DNA of 64,000 nt from the NCBI GenBank assembly GCA_902572395.1, contig CACGFX010000003.1, positions 8,057-72,056 on the forward strand, read 5' to 3'. The notes beneath the pieces were generated by a model. That model saw only the letters and a program-made list of their open reading frames with translations. It was not told the origin of the DNA and searched no databases. This document shows, piece after piece, positions 28,336 to 38,448 of this stretch; the first letter of the stretch is position 1; the number at the start of each line of letters is the position of its first letter. This DNA comes from an uncultured Synechococcaceae cyanobacterium. GTDB lineage: Bacteria; Cyanobacteriota; Cyanobacteriia; PCC-6307; Cyanobiaceae. Position numbers and translations under genes: made by a program.

Positions 28336-29755
28336 GATCCTTTAATTCTCCAATCAAATCATTCAGTACCTTTTTTGCATCCCCAAAGACCATTGAGGTA
28401 TTTGGCAGATCAAATAAATCATTTTTTATTCCGGAGTAACCTGCACTCATACCACGTTTAATTACAAATACCGTTCTTGCTTCCTGCACATCAAGAACTG
28501 GCATGCCATATAAAGGAGAAGAGCTATCATTTTTAGCTTGAGGATTAACCACATCATTTGCTCCTAAAACTAAAACAACATCCGTTGCTGGAAAATCAGG
28601 ATTTACAACGTCCATCTCTTTAAGTTGTTCGTAAGGAACATCTGCTTCTGCTAAAAGTACATTCATATGTCCAGGCATCCTCCCTGCTACAGGATGAATT
28701 GCGTAAACAACTTCAATACCACTTTGCTCTAGTTTTTTTGTCACTTCCCTTAAAGTATGTTGAGCTTGAGCTACTGCCAGACCATAACCAGGAACAATAA
28801 TTACCTTGTTGGCTGCCTCTAAAGTCAATGCGCATTCTTCAACACTGCATGAAGTTATATTTGTATATTCTCCTGAACCAGAAGAGGCTGTACTTTGTGC
28901 CGATAAAGATCCTCCAAAAAGAACTGAGACCAATGATCTATTCATACCCTTGCACATTACTTGAGTAAGTATTAGACCTGCCGCTCCAACCATTGCGCCT
29001 GCTACTATCAAAAGCTGACTATCTACAACGAAACCTGCTGCTGCTGCTGCAATCCCTGAATAGCTATTTAATAAAGATATAACTACTGGCATATCAGCTC
29101 CACCAATTGGCAAAGTAACTCCAATACCTAATAAAGAAGAAACTATAACTAAAAGCCAAATAGAACTTGTATTGCCGTTTATCAAATCAAAAAAAGCTAT
29201 CAAGGAAGCAACTGCAAAAACAATATTTACAAAATGTCTAACTTTGCTCTGAGTCCATCCTGGAGTTGACAACCAACCCTGTAACTTTGCCATCGCCACC
29301 ATTGAACCTGTGAAAGTTATGGCACCAACAAATATAGAAACAGATATTGAAACTTCGTTAATCAGTGACTTAAAAAAATCAAGATTTTCTACACTATTAG
29401 AAATTGGGAAAATAGCTACTCCTAAGGCCACCAAAAGTGATGACATTCCTCCACAACCATTGAACAATGCCACTGTTTCAGGCATGGAGGTCATAGGTAC
29501 TTTTTTTGCAAGAATTGCTCCGAATAAACTACCTATTATTGATCCAATTATTATCCAAATCCAAGACTGAATTGCAATTCCAGAAGTGCCTAAATAATAA
29601 GAAAGTAACCCTACTACTGATAACGACATTGCAAATGCAGCTAATCTATTGGCATCCCTTGCTGATTTTACTTTTGACAATCCTTTTATTCCCAAAGCGA
29701 GTAAAAGTACTGCTAGAAGGTCAATAACGAATTTAATGATTACAGGTAGATTCAT
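28316..29755 (-). CDS. pntB: NAD(P) transhydrogenase beta subunit
   Basis: IGGADMPVVISLLNSYSG, HPVAGRMPGHMNVLLAEA. Confidence 0.97.
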   Translation of the reverse strand: MNLPVIIKFVIDLLAVLLLALGIKGLSKVKSARDANRLAAFAMSLSVVGLLSYYLGTSGIAIQSWIWIIIGSIIGSLFGAILAKKVPMTSMPETVALFNGCGGMSSLLVALGVAIFPISNSVENLDFFKSLINEVSISVSIFVGAITFTGSMVAMAKLQGWLSTPGWTQSKVRHFVNIVFAVASLIAFFDLINGNTSSIWLLVIVSSLLGIGVTLPIGGADMPVVISLLNSYSGIAAAAAGFVVDSQLLIVAGAMVGAAGLILTQVMCKGMNRSLVSVLFGGSLSAQSTASSGSGEYTNITSCSVEECALTLEAANKVIIVPGYGLAVAQAQHTLREVTKKLEQSGIEVVYAIHPVAGRMPGHMNVLLAEADVPYEQLKEMDVVNPDFPATDVVLVLGANDVVNPQAKNDSSSPLYGMPVLDVQEARTVFVIKRGMSAGYSGIKNDLFDLPNTSMVFGDAKKVLNDLIGELKDLGVGEK

Positions 29756-29763
29756 GTTAAAAA

Positions 29764-30057
29764 TTACTTCTTATTTGATGGTTTACGACTAAACATCGCG
29801 AGCATCCGATCAGTTACAAAGAAACCGCCTACAACGTTGAAAAGAGCAAATCCAAGAGAAACTGAACCAATGATTAAAAGTGGTACGTTACCTTCTGCTT
29901 TTACAATTAAAGTCAAGGCTGCAAGCATTGTTATTCCTGAAATTGCATTTGCTCCACTCATTAGAGGTGTGTGAAGAGTAGGAGGAACTTTTCCAATTAA
30001 CTCGAGGCCTAATAAACTACCAAGTAAAAGAACCCAAAGAAGACTTATAAAAGACAT
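29764..30057 (-). CDS. pntA: NAD(P) transhydrogenase alpha subunit, membrane part
   Basis: VPPTLHTPLMSGANAISG; NVVGGFFVTDRML. Confidence 0.95.
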   Translation of the reverse strand: MSFISLLWVLLLGSLLGLELIGKVPPTLHTPLMSGANAISGITMLAALTLIVKAEGNVPLLIIGSVSLGFALFNVVGGFFVTDRMLAMFSRKPSNKK

Positions 30058-30069
30058 AATTTTAAAACC

Positions 30070-31200
30070 TCAATTTTCAAAAACTTTATTTTGAAGAACA
30101 ACTCCTTCATCGCTTAATAAACATCCAGAAATGAGTTCATCCTCTTTATCTAATTTAATTACACCATCTTTTATAAATGGTGTAATCAAAGATGTTAAGT
30201 TCTTAGCATAAAGTGAACTTGCATCATAAGGAACTGAAGAGGGTAATTCGCCCGCTCCTATAAGTTTTACACCATCTTTCATAATAGTTTCATTTGATTT
30301 TGTTCCTTCGCAGTTCCCTCCCTGAGAAACTGCTAAATCAATAACTACTGCTCCAGGCCTCATTTTTTCAATCATGGGTGAGTCTATTAAAACAGGTGCC
30401 TTTTTACCTAGAACTTGCGCAGTACAAATAGCAACATCAGCTTCAGATAAATATTTAGTTAAAGTTGCCTTCTGTTTTGAGAGGAATTCGGGTGTTACAG
30501 CTTTTGCATAACCTCCCGCCTCTCCTGGCTTTTCCTCAACTTCAGGAAGTTCTATAAATCTTGCTCCGAGGGACTCTACTTGTTCTTTAACAGCAGGTCT
30601 AATATCAGATACAAATACTATTGCTCCAAGTCTTTTTGCTGTCGCAACTGCCTGTAATCCTGCAACGCCTCCACCAAGAACCACTACTTTGGCAGGTTGG
30701 ACTGTCCCTGCTGCTGTCATAAGCATTGGGAAATATCTATCTAACTCACTTGCAGCCAAAAGAACTGCTTTATATCCAGCAATATTGGCCTGTGAAGAAA
30801 GAACATCAGAAGATTGAGCTCTACTAATCCTCGGAAGCAACTCTAGTGATAAAGCTGAAATCTTATTACTATTTATAATCCTTAGAAGCTCCTTATTACC
30901 ATATGGGTTAAGAAGACCAAGCAGAACAGCGCCTTTCTTTAACTTAATTAAATTATCCTCTGATGGAGTTTGAACACAAAATATTAGGTCTGCTTCACTC
31001 CAAATTTTTTGATCTAAGTTAGATATTATTGTTCCGCCCGATTCTTCATATGATAAGTCACTAAATCCTGATAATTGTCCTGCTGAACTTTCAATATAAA
31101 CATCACATCCAAGGCTTTTTAATTTCTTTACCGCTTCTGGTGTAGCTGAAACTCTCCTTTCACCAGAGCTAGTTTCGGAAGGAATAAGTATCTTTGTCAA
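30070..31200 (-). CDS. pntA: NAD(P) transhydrogenase alpha subunit, NAD(H)-binding part
   Basis: ERRVSATP, PRISRAQSSDVLSSQANIAGY, GGGVAGL. Confidence 0.96.
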   Translation of the reverse strand: MTKILIPSETSSGERRVSATPEAVKKLKSLGCDVYIESSAGQLSGFSDLSYEESGGTIISNLDQKIWSEADLIFCVQTPSEDNLIKLKKGAVLLGLLNPYGNKELLRIINSNKISALSLELLPRISRAQSSDVLSSQANIAGYKAVLLAASELDRYFPMLMTAAGTVQPAKVVVLGGGVAGLQAVATAKRLGAIVFVSDIRPAVKEQVESLGARFIELPEVEEKPGEAGGYAKAVTPEFLSKQKATLTKYLSEADVAICTAQVLGKKAPVLIDSPMIEKMRPGAVVIDLAVSQGGNCEGTKSNETIMKDGVKLIGAGELPSSVPYDASSLYAKNLTSLITPFIKDGVIKLDKEDELISGCLLSDEGVVLQNKVFEN

Positions 31201-31327
31201 TTTATTTATTTTTTTAACATACTAAATATAAATTGAAGAAAGTCAAAAGTCTTGGATTTTTGTTAAAAATATATTTTCTTTTCTATAAAAAATAGCTATC
31301 TAGAATATATAGGTACTAAAAAATCCA

Positions 31328-31906
31328 ATGAGTATAAAAGCAATCGAATGTCCTGACGGAGTATGTCACAGTCATCATGGTGGTCATGCCGTTCCAAGGC
31401 AAGCTATGCAGAAAAATCTAGAAAAGCATGGTAAAGATTGGTGCGAGAAATTAGCAGAGAGAATTTATGAGATGTCAGTTGATACTTATTCTCAGACAGT
31501 CATGCCCAGTCTCCACTCAGCAGGTTGGCAAAGAAGACATTTAGATTGGGAATTTAAGCTGGCAGAAAATGATTCAGAACCTGATGAAGCTCTTGTTGAA
31601 GGAATAATTAATGCCACAGAAAGCTTTCTAAGAAGTAGTGAGGTGCATAGATTATTTATTCAGGAATTAGTTCAAGGCACATTTGAGGAGGCAAATGATA
31701 AAAAAATAATTTCTAAAGCAATAAAATCTATAATTGAAGAGGAAATTGTAAGTTCACTAAGGGAAAAGAAAGAAACACTTTTAAAGAAAATATCCGCAAA
31801 ATTAATATCAGAAGAAAAAGTTAGCGAGGAACTTGCAATAAATTCAGCTAAAGAGGGTTTTGAGGAAGTTGAAAGGCTACTTGCAAATCATAGCGAGGCA
31901 GTTTAA
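31328..31906 (+). CDS. conserved hypothetical protein with Cys/His-rich N-terminus
   Basis: 192 aa; CPDGVCHSHHGGH. Confidence 0.8.
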   Translation: MSIKAIECPDGVCHSHHGGHAVPRQAMQKNLEKHGKDWCEKLAERIYEMSVDTYSQTVMPSLHSAGWQRRHLDWEFKLAENDSEPDEALVEGIINATESFLRSSEVHRLFIQELVQGTFEEANDKKIISKAIKSIIEEEIVSSLREKKETLLKKISAKLISEEKVSEELAINSAKEGFEEVERLLANHSEAV

Positions 31907-32060
31907 GCCTGTTTCTTTATATTTTCTTTATAATTTGTCCAAAAATTGGCTCAAATATAAATTAAAAATTAAATTATTGTTTTGAAGTACAAAGTTGTAA
32001 CTTATTAGACAATACATAAGCTTTGTTTTGTGTTTATCTATATACAACTTTTAATTTCCA

Positions 32061-32285
32061 ATGGACAATTTCATTAGAAAAAGAATAGACATTGCTACCT
32101 GTTGGGCTACCAACAGAATTTCAGCAATGGATACTCTAGAAAGATATGAGGATAGTTATGCAATCGCAGAAGAGTTTAGAGAGTGGATATTACATATTGG
32201 AGAAAAGAACAAAAATTTAAAAGATTCTGTTCTAAATTTCCCAACGGAATTAAAAAAATTATTAGACCATAAAGTCAACGATTAA
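32061..32285 (+). CDS. small hypothetical protein
   Basis: 74 aa; RYEDSYAIAEEFREWI. Confidence 0.7.
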   Translation: MDNFIRKRIDIATCWATNRISAMDTLERYEDSYAIAEEFREWILHIGEKNKNLKDSVLNFPTELKKLLDHKVND

Positions 32286-32364
32286 ATAATAAATCGATCG
32301 AGTGAAATCCGCCCTACATTATTTGGGTTTGTTTATTAATATTAGTAGTGATATTAAAAAATAA

Positions 32365-33741
32365 ATGGAAAATAAAGAAAATACTTCAAAAGTAGAAAAC
32401 CTTGTAATTATAGGTTCGGGGCCTGCAGGTTATACAGCTGCAATATATGCAGCAAGAGCAAATCTCCAACCTTTGCTCGTAACAGGATTTAATTCTGGTG
32501 GAATTCCTGGTGGACAATTAATGACTACAACATTTGTTGAAAATTATCCAGGCTTCCCAGATGGTGTACTAGGTCCTGAGTTGATGGATCTAATGAAGGC
32601 TCAAGCAGAAAGATGGGGTACTAATTTATACGAAAGTGATGTTGTCTCAATAAATACTGATTCACATCCTTTTGAATTAAAAACTTTAGAAGGGACCATA
32701 AAATCTAACTCAATTATTATTGCTACTGGAGCAAGTGCTAATAGATTGGGCGTTATAAATGAAGATAAGTTCTGGAGTAAAGGAATAAGTGCTTGTGCAA
32801 TTTGTGATGGAGCGACCCCACAATTTAGAGATGAGGAATTAGCTGTTATTGGAGGAGGTGACTCTGCATGTGAAGAAGCAGCATACCTCACAAAGTATGG
32901 CAGCAAAGTTCATTTGATTGTTAGATCAGAAAAATTAAGGGCTAGCGCAGCAATGGTTGACAGAGTAAAAGCTAATCCAAAGATAGAAATTCATTGGAAC
33001 ACAAAAGTTGATAAAGCTGATGGCTCCGAATGGCTCGAGAGAATAGAAACTATTCACTCACAAGAAGGTAAAGGGGAAATCAATATAAAAGGTCTTTTTT
33101 ACGCGATAGGGCACACACCAAATACGAAGTTCTTAGGCAACAAAATCGATTTAGACAATAAAGGATATATTGCTTGTAAATCCGGAAGACCAGAAACATC
33201 TATTGAAGGCATCTTTGCAGCAGGTGATGTTGTAGATTCTGAGTGGAGACAAGGAGTTACTGCTGCGGGAACTGGATGCATGGCAGCATTAGCTTCCGAA
33301 AGGTGGCTTGCCGAGAAAAACTTAGCAAAAACTATAGTCAGAGAAACGCCAGAACCAGAAAAAAACCTTAATTCATCAGATTTTAATGAAGAAGAAGTTA
33401 ATGAAGATACTTTCGATTCAAATTCTGAATGGCAAAAAGGCAGTTATGCATTAAGGAAACTTTATCACGAGAGTAAAAAACCTATCTTAGTAATTTTTAG
33501 TTCTCCAAGTTGCGGCCCATGTCATGTTTTGAAACCTCAGTTAAAAAGGGTAATTAAAGAACTTGATGGTGCAGTTCTTGGCGTTGAAATAGATATTGAT
33601 AAAGATCAAGATATTGCAAAACAAGCTGGTATTAACGGTACACCAACAGTTCAACTTTTTAAAGAAAAATTATTAAAAAAACAATGGCAAGGTGTTAAGC
33701 AAAGAAGTGAGTTTAAAGAAGCGATAAAAAATATTATCTAA
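32365..33741 (+). CDS. trxB: thioredoxin reductase fused to C-terminal thioredoxin (NTRC type)
   Basis: GSGPAG, CAICDG active site, GGGDSA; C-terminal CGPC thioredoxin domain. Confidence 0.95.
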   Translation: MENKENTSKVENLVIIGSGPAGYTAAIYAARANLQPLLVTGFNSGGIPGGQLMTTTFVENYPGFPDGVLGPELMDLMKAQAERWGTNLYESDVVSINTDSHPFELKTLEGTIKSNSIIIATGASANRLGVINEDKFWSKGISACAICDGATPQFRDEELAVIGGGDSACEEAAYLTKYGSKVHLIVRSEKLRASAAMVDRVKANPKIEIHWNTKVDKADGSEWLERIETIHSQEGKGEINIKGLFYAIGHTPNTKFLGNKIDLDNKGYIACKSGRPETSIEGIFAAGDVVDSEWRQGVTAAGTGCMAALASERWLAEKNLAKTIVRETPEPEKNLNSSDFNEEEVNEDTFDSNSEWQKGSYALRKLYHESKKPILVIFSSPSCGPCHVLKPQLKRVIKELDGAVLGVEIDIDKDQDIAKQAGINGTPTVQLFKEKLLKKQWQGVKQRSEFKEAIKNII

Positions 33742-33749
33742 AATATCTT

Positions 33750-34016
33750 TTATTTATTATTTCTCTTAGGGTTATTTTTATTAGTAGTAGGTTTAGCACC
33801 ACCTGCATTTCTTTCTCTATAAGTTATCCTCCCTCTAGAGAGATCATAAGGACTAATCTCAACTAACACTTTATCTCCAGCTAATAATTTAATTCTAAAT
33901 TTTGTCAATTTGCCTGCAGCTCTACATAAACATTGATGTCCTTCAGGTTGTTCTAAAGTAACTAAATAAAATCCATTCCCCTGCTCTTTTTCTATTACAC
34001 CTGAAGTTTCAATCAT
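33750..34016 (-). CDS. infA: translation initiation factor IF-1
   Basis: IETSGVI...IKLLAGDKVLVEISPYDLSRGRITYR. Confidence 0.95.
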   Translation of the reverse strand: MIETSGVIEKEQGNGFYLVTLEQPEGHQCLCRAAGKLTKFRIKLLAGDKVLVEISPYDLSRGRITYRERNAGGAKPTTNKNNPKRNNK

Positions 34017-34108
34017 TAATTAATCTTTTACTAAGTTCATATTATCAGAAAAAGATTAGCCAAAATTGATTTAAGAAAAATTACATACGTAAAAATATGA
34101 AATTCAAT

Positions 34109-34327
34109 TCAAATTGAGAATTTAATTTCATTGATTATTTGAAGTTGACCATAATAAAAATTTGCTTTCGCAATTTTTTCAGAATCTTCTAATTGATCAA
34201 AAAAAACAAACCCAAGGCTTTCCCACAATGAAGATCCACAAACATTATTCAATTCATTTTTTGCTTCTTTTGCAAAATTATCTAGTTTTCGTGCAAGATT
34301 TTTAGACTTAGAAACAGACATAATCAA
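34109..34327 (-). CDS. small hypothetical protein, probable LexA target
   Basis: 72 aa ORF; LexA-like box 8 nt upstream. Confidence 0.7.
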   Translation of the reverse strand: MIMSVSKSKNLARKLDNFAKEAKNELNNVCGSSLWESLGFVFFDQLEDSEKIAKANFYYGQLQIINEIKFSI

Positions 34328-34335
34328 CTATATAT

Positions 34336-34349
34336 AGTACAAATATACT
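34336..34349. promoter_or_regulatory. LexA-like SOS box
   Basis: AGTACAAATATACT within the larger palindrome TATATAGTA-caaata-TACTATATA. Confidence 0.65.
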
Positions 34350-34371
34350 ATATAATTCTAAAATTGCAATA

Positions 34372-35334
34372 TTAAAAAGGTAATCTCTTTTTTTCCTCAA
34401 TATTTAGATCTGCTTCCATTTCCTTTAATCTTTTAAGTATTTGTTGGTAGTACTCCTTTATATAACTCTCTAGTGAGGTCATATCTTCTTTTTTAAGTTC
34501 CAATATTTCGTAAGTTTTGCTCATGTCAGCATCTAATGATTCACCACTACTTGTTACTTCGGCAAAAGCCAGTCTTTCAGCAACATTTAAAGAGTCTTGG
34601 AAAAAAGAGACTACTTTCTGAGTGACAATAATCAGAAAAGGTGAAACTCTAAAAATTTTAGCTTTCTTTTCGCTAAATTTTTCGCATAAGGATATGACTT
34701 CGTTTGAATCCCATGCTTTGGGACCGACTAATGGCAATGATTTTCTGTGAGTTTTTGGATTATTTACTGCTGCTACAACAACTTTCGCCATATCTTGAGT
34801 ATTCATATAAGCAATTTTAGTTGGAGTCCCACTCATCCACACTGCTTGACTATCTAAAATTGGGATAGCGAATTGACCTATAACTCCTTGCATAAAAGCT
34901 GCACATTTGAAGATTGTATAGTCTAAATCAGATTTCTCAAGGAGTTTTTCAGTGCAAAATTTGATGTCCATTAAAGGAACATTTCTAAATTTTTCAGTTA
35001 AGAGGATAGAAAGGAATATTACCCTTTTTACGTTTAAAGATTCGCAAGCATTGAATAAGTTAAGTTTTCCATCCCAATCAATTTCATAAATACTTTTAGG
35101 GTCATCTGGCCTGCTAGTTGCTGCATCAATAACAACTTCAATATCTTGTAATGCATATTCGATATCAGAAGAATTTAATAAATTACCTTTTGTTAGCTCA
35201 CAACCCCATTCTTGTAGAAAGGAAGCTTTTCTTGGATTTCTTACAAAGCATCTTACTTCATTTCCCTCTTCTATAGCTTGCTTTGCTATTTGTCTACCAA
35301 GTGTCCCTGTTGCTCCTACTAAAAGAATCTTCAT
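34372..35334 (-). CDS. ycf39: Ycf39-like NAD(P)H-binding atypical SDR (PSII assembly)
   Basis: GATGTLGRQ, FLQEWGCEL..G, AYMNTQD, NVAERLAFAEV. Confidence 0.88.
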   Translation of the reverse strand: MKILLVGATGTLGRQIAKQAIEEGNEVRCFVRNPRKASFLQEWGCELTKGNLLNSSDIEYALQDIEVVIDAATSRPDDPKSIYEIDWDGKLNLFNACESLNVKRVIFLSILLTEKFRNVPLMDIKFCTEKLLEKSDLDYTIFKCAAFMQGVIGQFAIPILDSQAVWMSGTPTKIAYMNTQDMAKVVVAAVNNPKTHRKSLPLVGPKAWDSNEVISLCEKFSEKKAKIFRVSPFLIIVTQKVVSFFQDSLNVAERLAFAEVTSSGESLDADMSKTYEILELKKEDMTSLESYIKEYYQQILKRLKEMEADLNIEEKKRLPF

Positions 35335-35391
35335 ACTTAAGATTTACTTAACTTTAAGACCATAACTCAAATTGTGATGTATCCGTGAGAA

Positions 35392-35490
35392 TCAGTCTCC
35401 CTGAAACTTTAATAACAAAGCACCACCAACTAAACCTATTGGTATCAGTATCCAAAAAACTGCTGCAATACTAAAAATTTCTTTAGCCAT
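35392..35490 (-). CDS. petM: cytochrome b6f subunit VII
   Basis: Manual [35 protein letters not shown]. Confidence 0.93.
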
Positions 35491-35565
35491 AGTAAAATTG
35501 AATGATAACTATAATTTACATTCAAAATACATTAATTTGTTAAAAATGTAGATAATTCAAATATC

Positions 35566-36531
35566 TTGAAAATTTTTAAATATATGAATATGAATAATAA
35601 TTTTAAAAAAAATATAAACATTCCTAATTACTGGAATTGGAATGGTTATAAAATTTGTTGGAGTGTTACAGGCGAAGATAATGAAATTCCAATTATTTTT
35701 CTCCATGGATTTGGCGCCAATCGAAAACATTGGAGAAACAATTTAGAATATTTTGCGAAAAGGAATTGCGCCACATATTCTCTAGATTTAATAGGATTTG
35801 GAGATTCAGATCAACCTGGGATTAGACAAATTGGGAAATTAAATAATGAGATTTGGTCTAATCAAGTGAAAGACTTTATTGCACAGGTGATAAGACCAAA
35901 GAATTCTGGGAAAGTAATTCTTATTGGCAATTCCCTTGGATCACTAGTTGCTTTAACATGTGCTGTTTCATTAGAGGATCACATTGCAACAGTTATTGCA
36001 TCCCCATTGCCAGATCAAATTCAAGAAAATAAAAAGTCCATAACAAAAAAATCATCATTTAAGAAATTTCAAGATAGATTCATAACAATATTTTTTTTGT
36101 TTTTCCCTTTGGAGATTATTTTATTTTTAATAACTAAATTAGGAGTTATTAAACTGGGACTAAATTCTGCCTATTTCAAAAAAGATAATATTGATAGCGA
36201 ACTAATAGATTTGGTAACAAAACCTGTTCTAAGGAGAACTTCAGCTAGATCATTAAGAGCAATGTGTATTGGAATGTCTTCTAGAGATGAAAAATTTAAA
36301 GCTTCTCACCTTTTGAGAAAACTTAGCACCTCAAAAAAAGTTCCTTTTTTATTGATTTGGGGAGAAAAAGATAATTTCATACCTTTGTTTGTTGGTAAAA
36401 AGATTGCAAATTTCCATAGATGGGTAAAATTAAAAATAGTATCCAATTCAGGACATTGTATCCATGATGAAGACCCTTCAGTATTCAATAGAATTTCTTA
36501 TGAATGGATTAGAGATTTAAAAACCTTTTAA
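35566..36531 (+). CDS. alpha/beta hydrolase
   Basis: HGFGA, DLIGFGDS, GNSLG, GHCIHDE; real start probably an internal Met. Confidence 0.88.
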   Translation: MKIFKYMNMNNNFKKNINIPNYWNWNGYKICWSVTGEDNEIPIIFLHGFGANRKHWRNNLEYFAKRNCATYSLDLIGFGDSDQPGIRQIGKLNNEIWSNQVKDFIAQVIRPKNSGKVILIGNSLGSLVALTCAVSLEDHIATVIASPLPDQIQENKKSITKKSSFKKFQDRFITIFFLFFPLEIILFLITKLGVIKLGLNSAYFKKDNIDSELIDLVTKPVLRRTSARSLRAMCIGMSSRDEKFKASHLLRKLSTSKKVPFLLIWGEKDNFIPLFVGKKIANFHRWVKLKIVSNSGHCIHDEDPSVFNRISYEWIRDLKTF

Positions 36532-36534
36532 AAT

Positions 36535-37059
36535 ATGAAACATACATTATCAGTTCTTGTAGAAGATGAATCTGGAGCCTTGAGTAGAATCTCAGGTCTA
36601 TTCGCTAGAAGGGGATTCAACATAGATAGCCTTGCAGTAGGACCTGCAGAATCTAAAGGGATTTCAAGGTTAACAATGGTAGTAGAAGGCGATGATGAAA
36701 CTCTTCAACAAATGACTAAGCAGCTTAATAAGTTATTTAATGTTCTTGGAGTTGTAGATTTTACTAACCTCGCCGCTGTTGAGAGGGAATTGATGTTACT
36801 AAAAGTTTCATCGAAAGAAGATACTAGGAGTAATATCCTTGATATAGTACAAATCTTCCGTGCAAAAGTTGTTGATGTATCAGATATGGCCTTAACTCTC
36901 GAGGTAGTTGGAGATCCGGGGAAGTTAGTTGCTCTTGAGAAATTACTCGAGCCATACGGCATCCTTGAAATAGCGAGGACTGGTAAGGTAGCTCTCAAAC
37001 GCTCTTCAGGAGTTAATACAGAAATGTTAAAAATTAACAAATATTCTCTAGAAATTTAA
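36535..37059 (+). CDS. ilvN: acetolactate synthase small subunit
   Basis: [36 protein letters not shown] domain; EIARTG. Confidence 0.96.
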   Translation: MKHTLSVLVEDESGALSRISGLFARRGFNIDSLAVGPAESKGISRLTMVVEGDDETLQQMTKQLNKLFNVLGVVDFTNLAAVERELMLLKVSSKEDTRSNILDIVQIFRAKVVDVSDMALTLEVVGDPGKLVALEKLLEPYGILEIARTGKVALKRSSGVNTEMLKINKYSLEI

Positions 37060-37661
37060 TTAGATATTTGGACTGCCTTGATGTAGTCTCCTTTATTTAT
37101 TTTTTCGAGTACGTCTAAACCTTTAACAATCTTTCCAAAAATCGAATACCTTCCATCTAGTTCTGGGATCTTATTAGTCACAAAAAAAAATTCAGTAGAT
37201 GAAGACTTATTTTTACCGCTCCTAACCATAGCAATTGATCCACTGTCAAAAGTATTAACTAAATTTTCAGTTTCATTAGGATTTTTTATTTGATAGTTAT
37301 ATCTTGGTTTTATTTCTTCCTTGAATTTTATTTCTAAAGGTATTGATGGACTTGTCTTATTCAGATTTTGTTTTCGTTCAATATAAAATTTATTTTCTGG
37401 ATTAACACCACCATGTATAAAACTTATTTGTGGAAAATTTATTATTTTATAAAATTTTTGATTCACATAAATATTATTTTCTATGTTTTCTAGAAAGTTT
37501 GATACTGTGACTGGATTATCTTTACCAAATAATTTAACCTCAAAATCACCTTTTGTAGTTTTAAATTTAACTACTTTATTAATCTGAGTGCAACTAAATT
37601 TAAGTTTTTGGCAGTAATAACTTGAATCAATCTTATTTTTATAAATACAAGCTTGAACCAA
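37056..37661 (-). CDS. cyclophilin-type peptidyl-prolyl isomerase
   Basis: TTKGDF...[29 protein letters not shown]; N-terminus may extend to 37712. Confidence 0.85.
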   Translation of the reverse strand: MVQACIYKNKIDSSYYCQKLKFSCTQINKVVKFKTTKGDFEVKLFGKDNPVTVSNFLENIENNIYVNQKFYKIINFPQISFIHGGVNPENKFYIERKQNLNKTSPSIPLEIKFKEEIKPRYNYQIKNPNETENLVNTFDSGSIAMVRSGKNKSSSTEFFFVTNKIPELDGRYSIFGKIVKGLDVLEKINKGDYIKAVQISN

Positions 37662-37708
37662 AAATAAAACCTGTATATAAGAAAATGTTTTTAAAAAATA
37701 TTTTTTTT

Positions 37709-38266
37709 TTATTTTAGGCCCTCCAAATTAACATCTAAAAATTTAGCTAGACGAGCTCCTTCTTCTTCAACTTGAAGAAGTGGTTTAAGTTCACCCGCTC
37801 CGCTTAAAGGGAGAGTTTTTTTTCTACCCTTTAAAACTAAAGCAATTCTTCTTCTAGGATTAAATCCCTCACTAATATCCAACTTAACAGATTTAATCTC
37901 ATCGAAATTTAATTTTACTTCAACATCTTTAAATAATCCTTTTCTTTTTATTTCCACAGATTTTGAGGATTTGTCAAAATAATTACTACCTGAACCAAAG
38001 TTTATATAAACCAAATACCACAAGTAAAAATTCAATAAATTAGCTATTACTCCATAGGCTCCCATTATTATTCCTTGAGGGATAAACAATAAAGTTGAAG
38101 GATTTCCTAAAGGTAATAAATCCCTTCCTGTGTAGCTAGATACAGAGGCCAAAAGGAATCCAATACCTCCTATCGTTAGCATTCCTCCAATAATGTAATT
38201 TGAAATTTTTCTTGATCCACCAATTTTTTGTTCGATTTTATCGAAAGACGAGAGGTCTGAATTCAT
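37709..38266 (-). CDS. ycf4: photosystem I assembly protein Ycf4
   Basis: GSRKISNY, FIPQG..M..YG, LAKFL.V.LEG. Confidence 0.95.
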   Translation of the reverse strand: MNSDLSSFDKIEQKIGGSRKISNYIIGGMLTIGGIGFLLASVSSYTGRDLLPLGNPSTLLFIPQGIIMGAYGVIANLLNFYLWYLVYINFGSGSNYFDKSSKSVEIKRKGLFKDVEVKLNFDEIKSVKLDISEGFNPRRRIALVLKGRKKTLPLSGAGELKPLLQVEEEGARLAKFLDVNLEGLK

Positions 38267-38448
38267 TTTTATCTTTTTTTAGAGCCTAATTCAGATAATT
38301 TAACAAACTAAGGGAGTATTCTTACCTAATTTTTAATAAAAAAGTCAGGAAAGCTTTACAAGGCATTTCAGATATCCAAATATTTCCCCACATTACTCTC
38401 AATCTTTGTTACAGTCACTGCGTATCCCGAAGCTAAAAACGATTTCTC

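Noticed and set aside
31997-32010. GTA-N8-GAC near-NtcA site
   Set aside because: Mismatch in the core and no properly spaced -10.
32365-33741. TrxB-thioredoxin fusion as a novelty
   Set aside because: Known NTRC architecture in cyanobacteria and plants.
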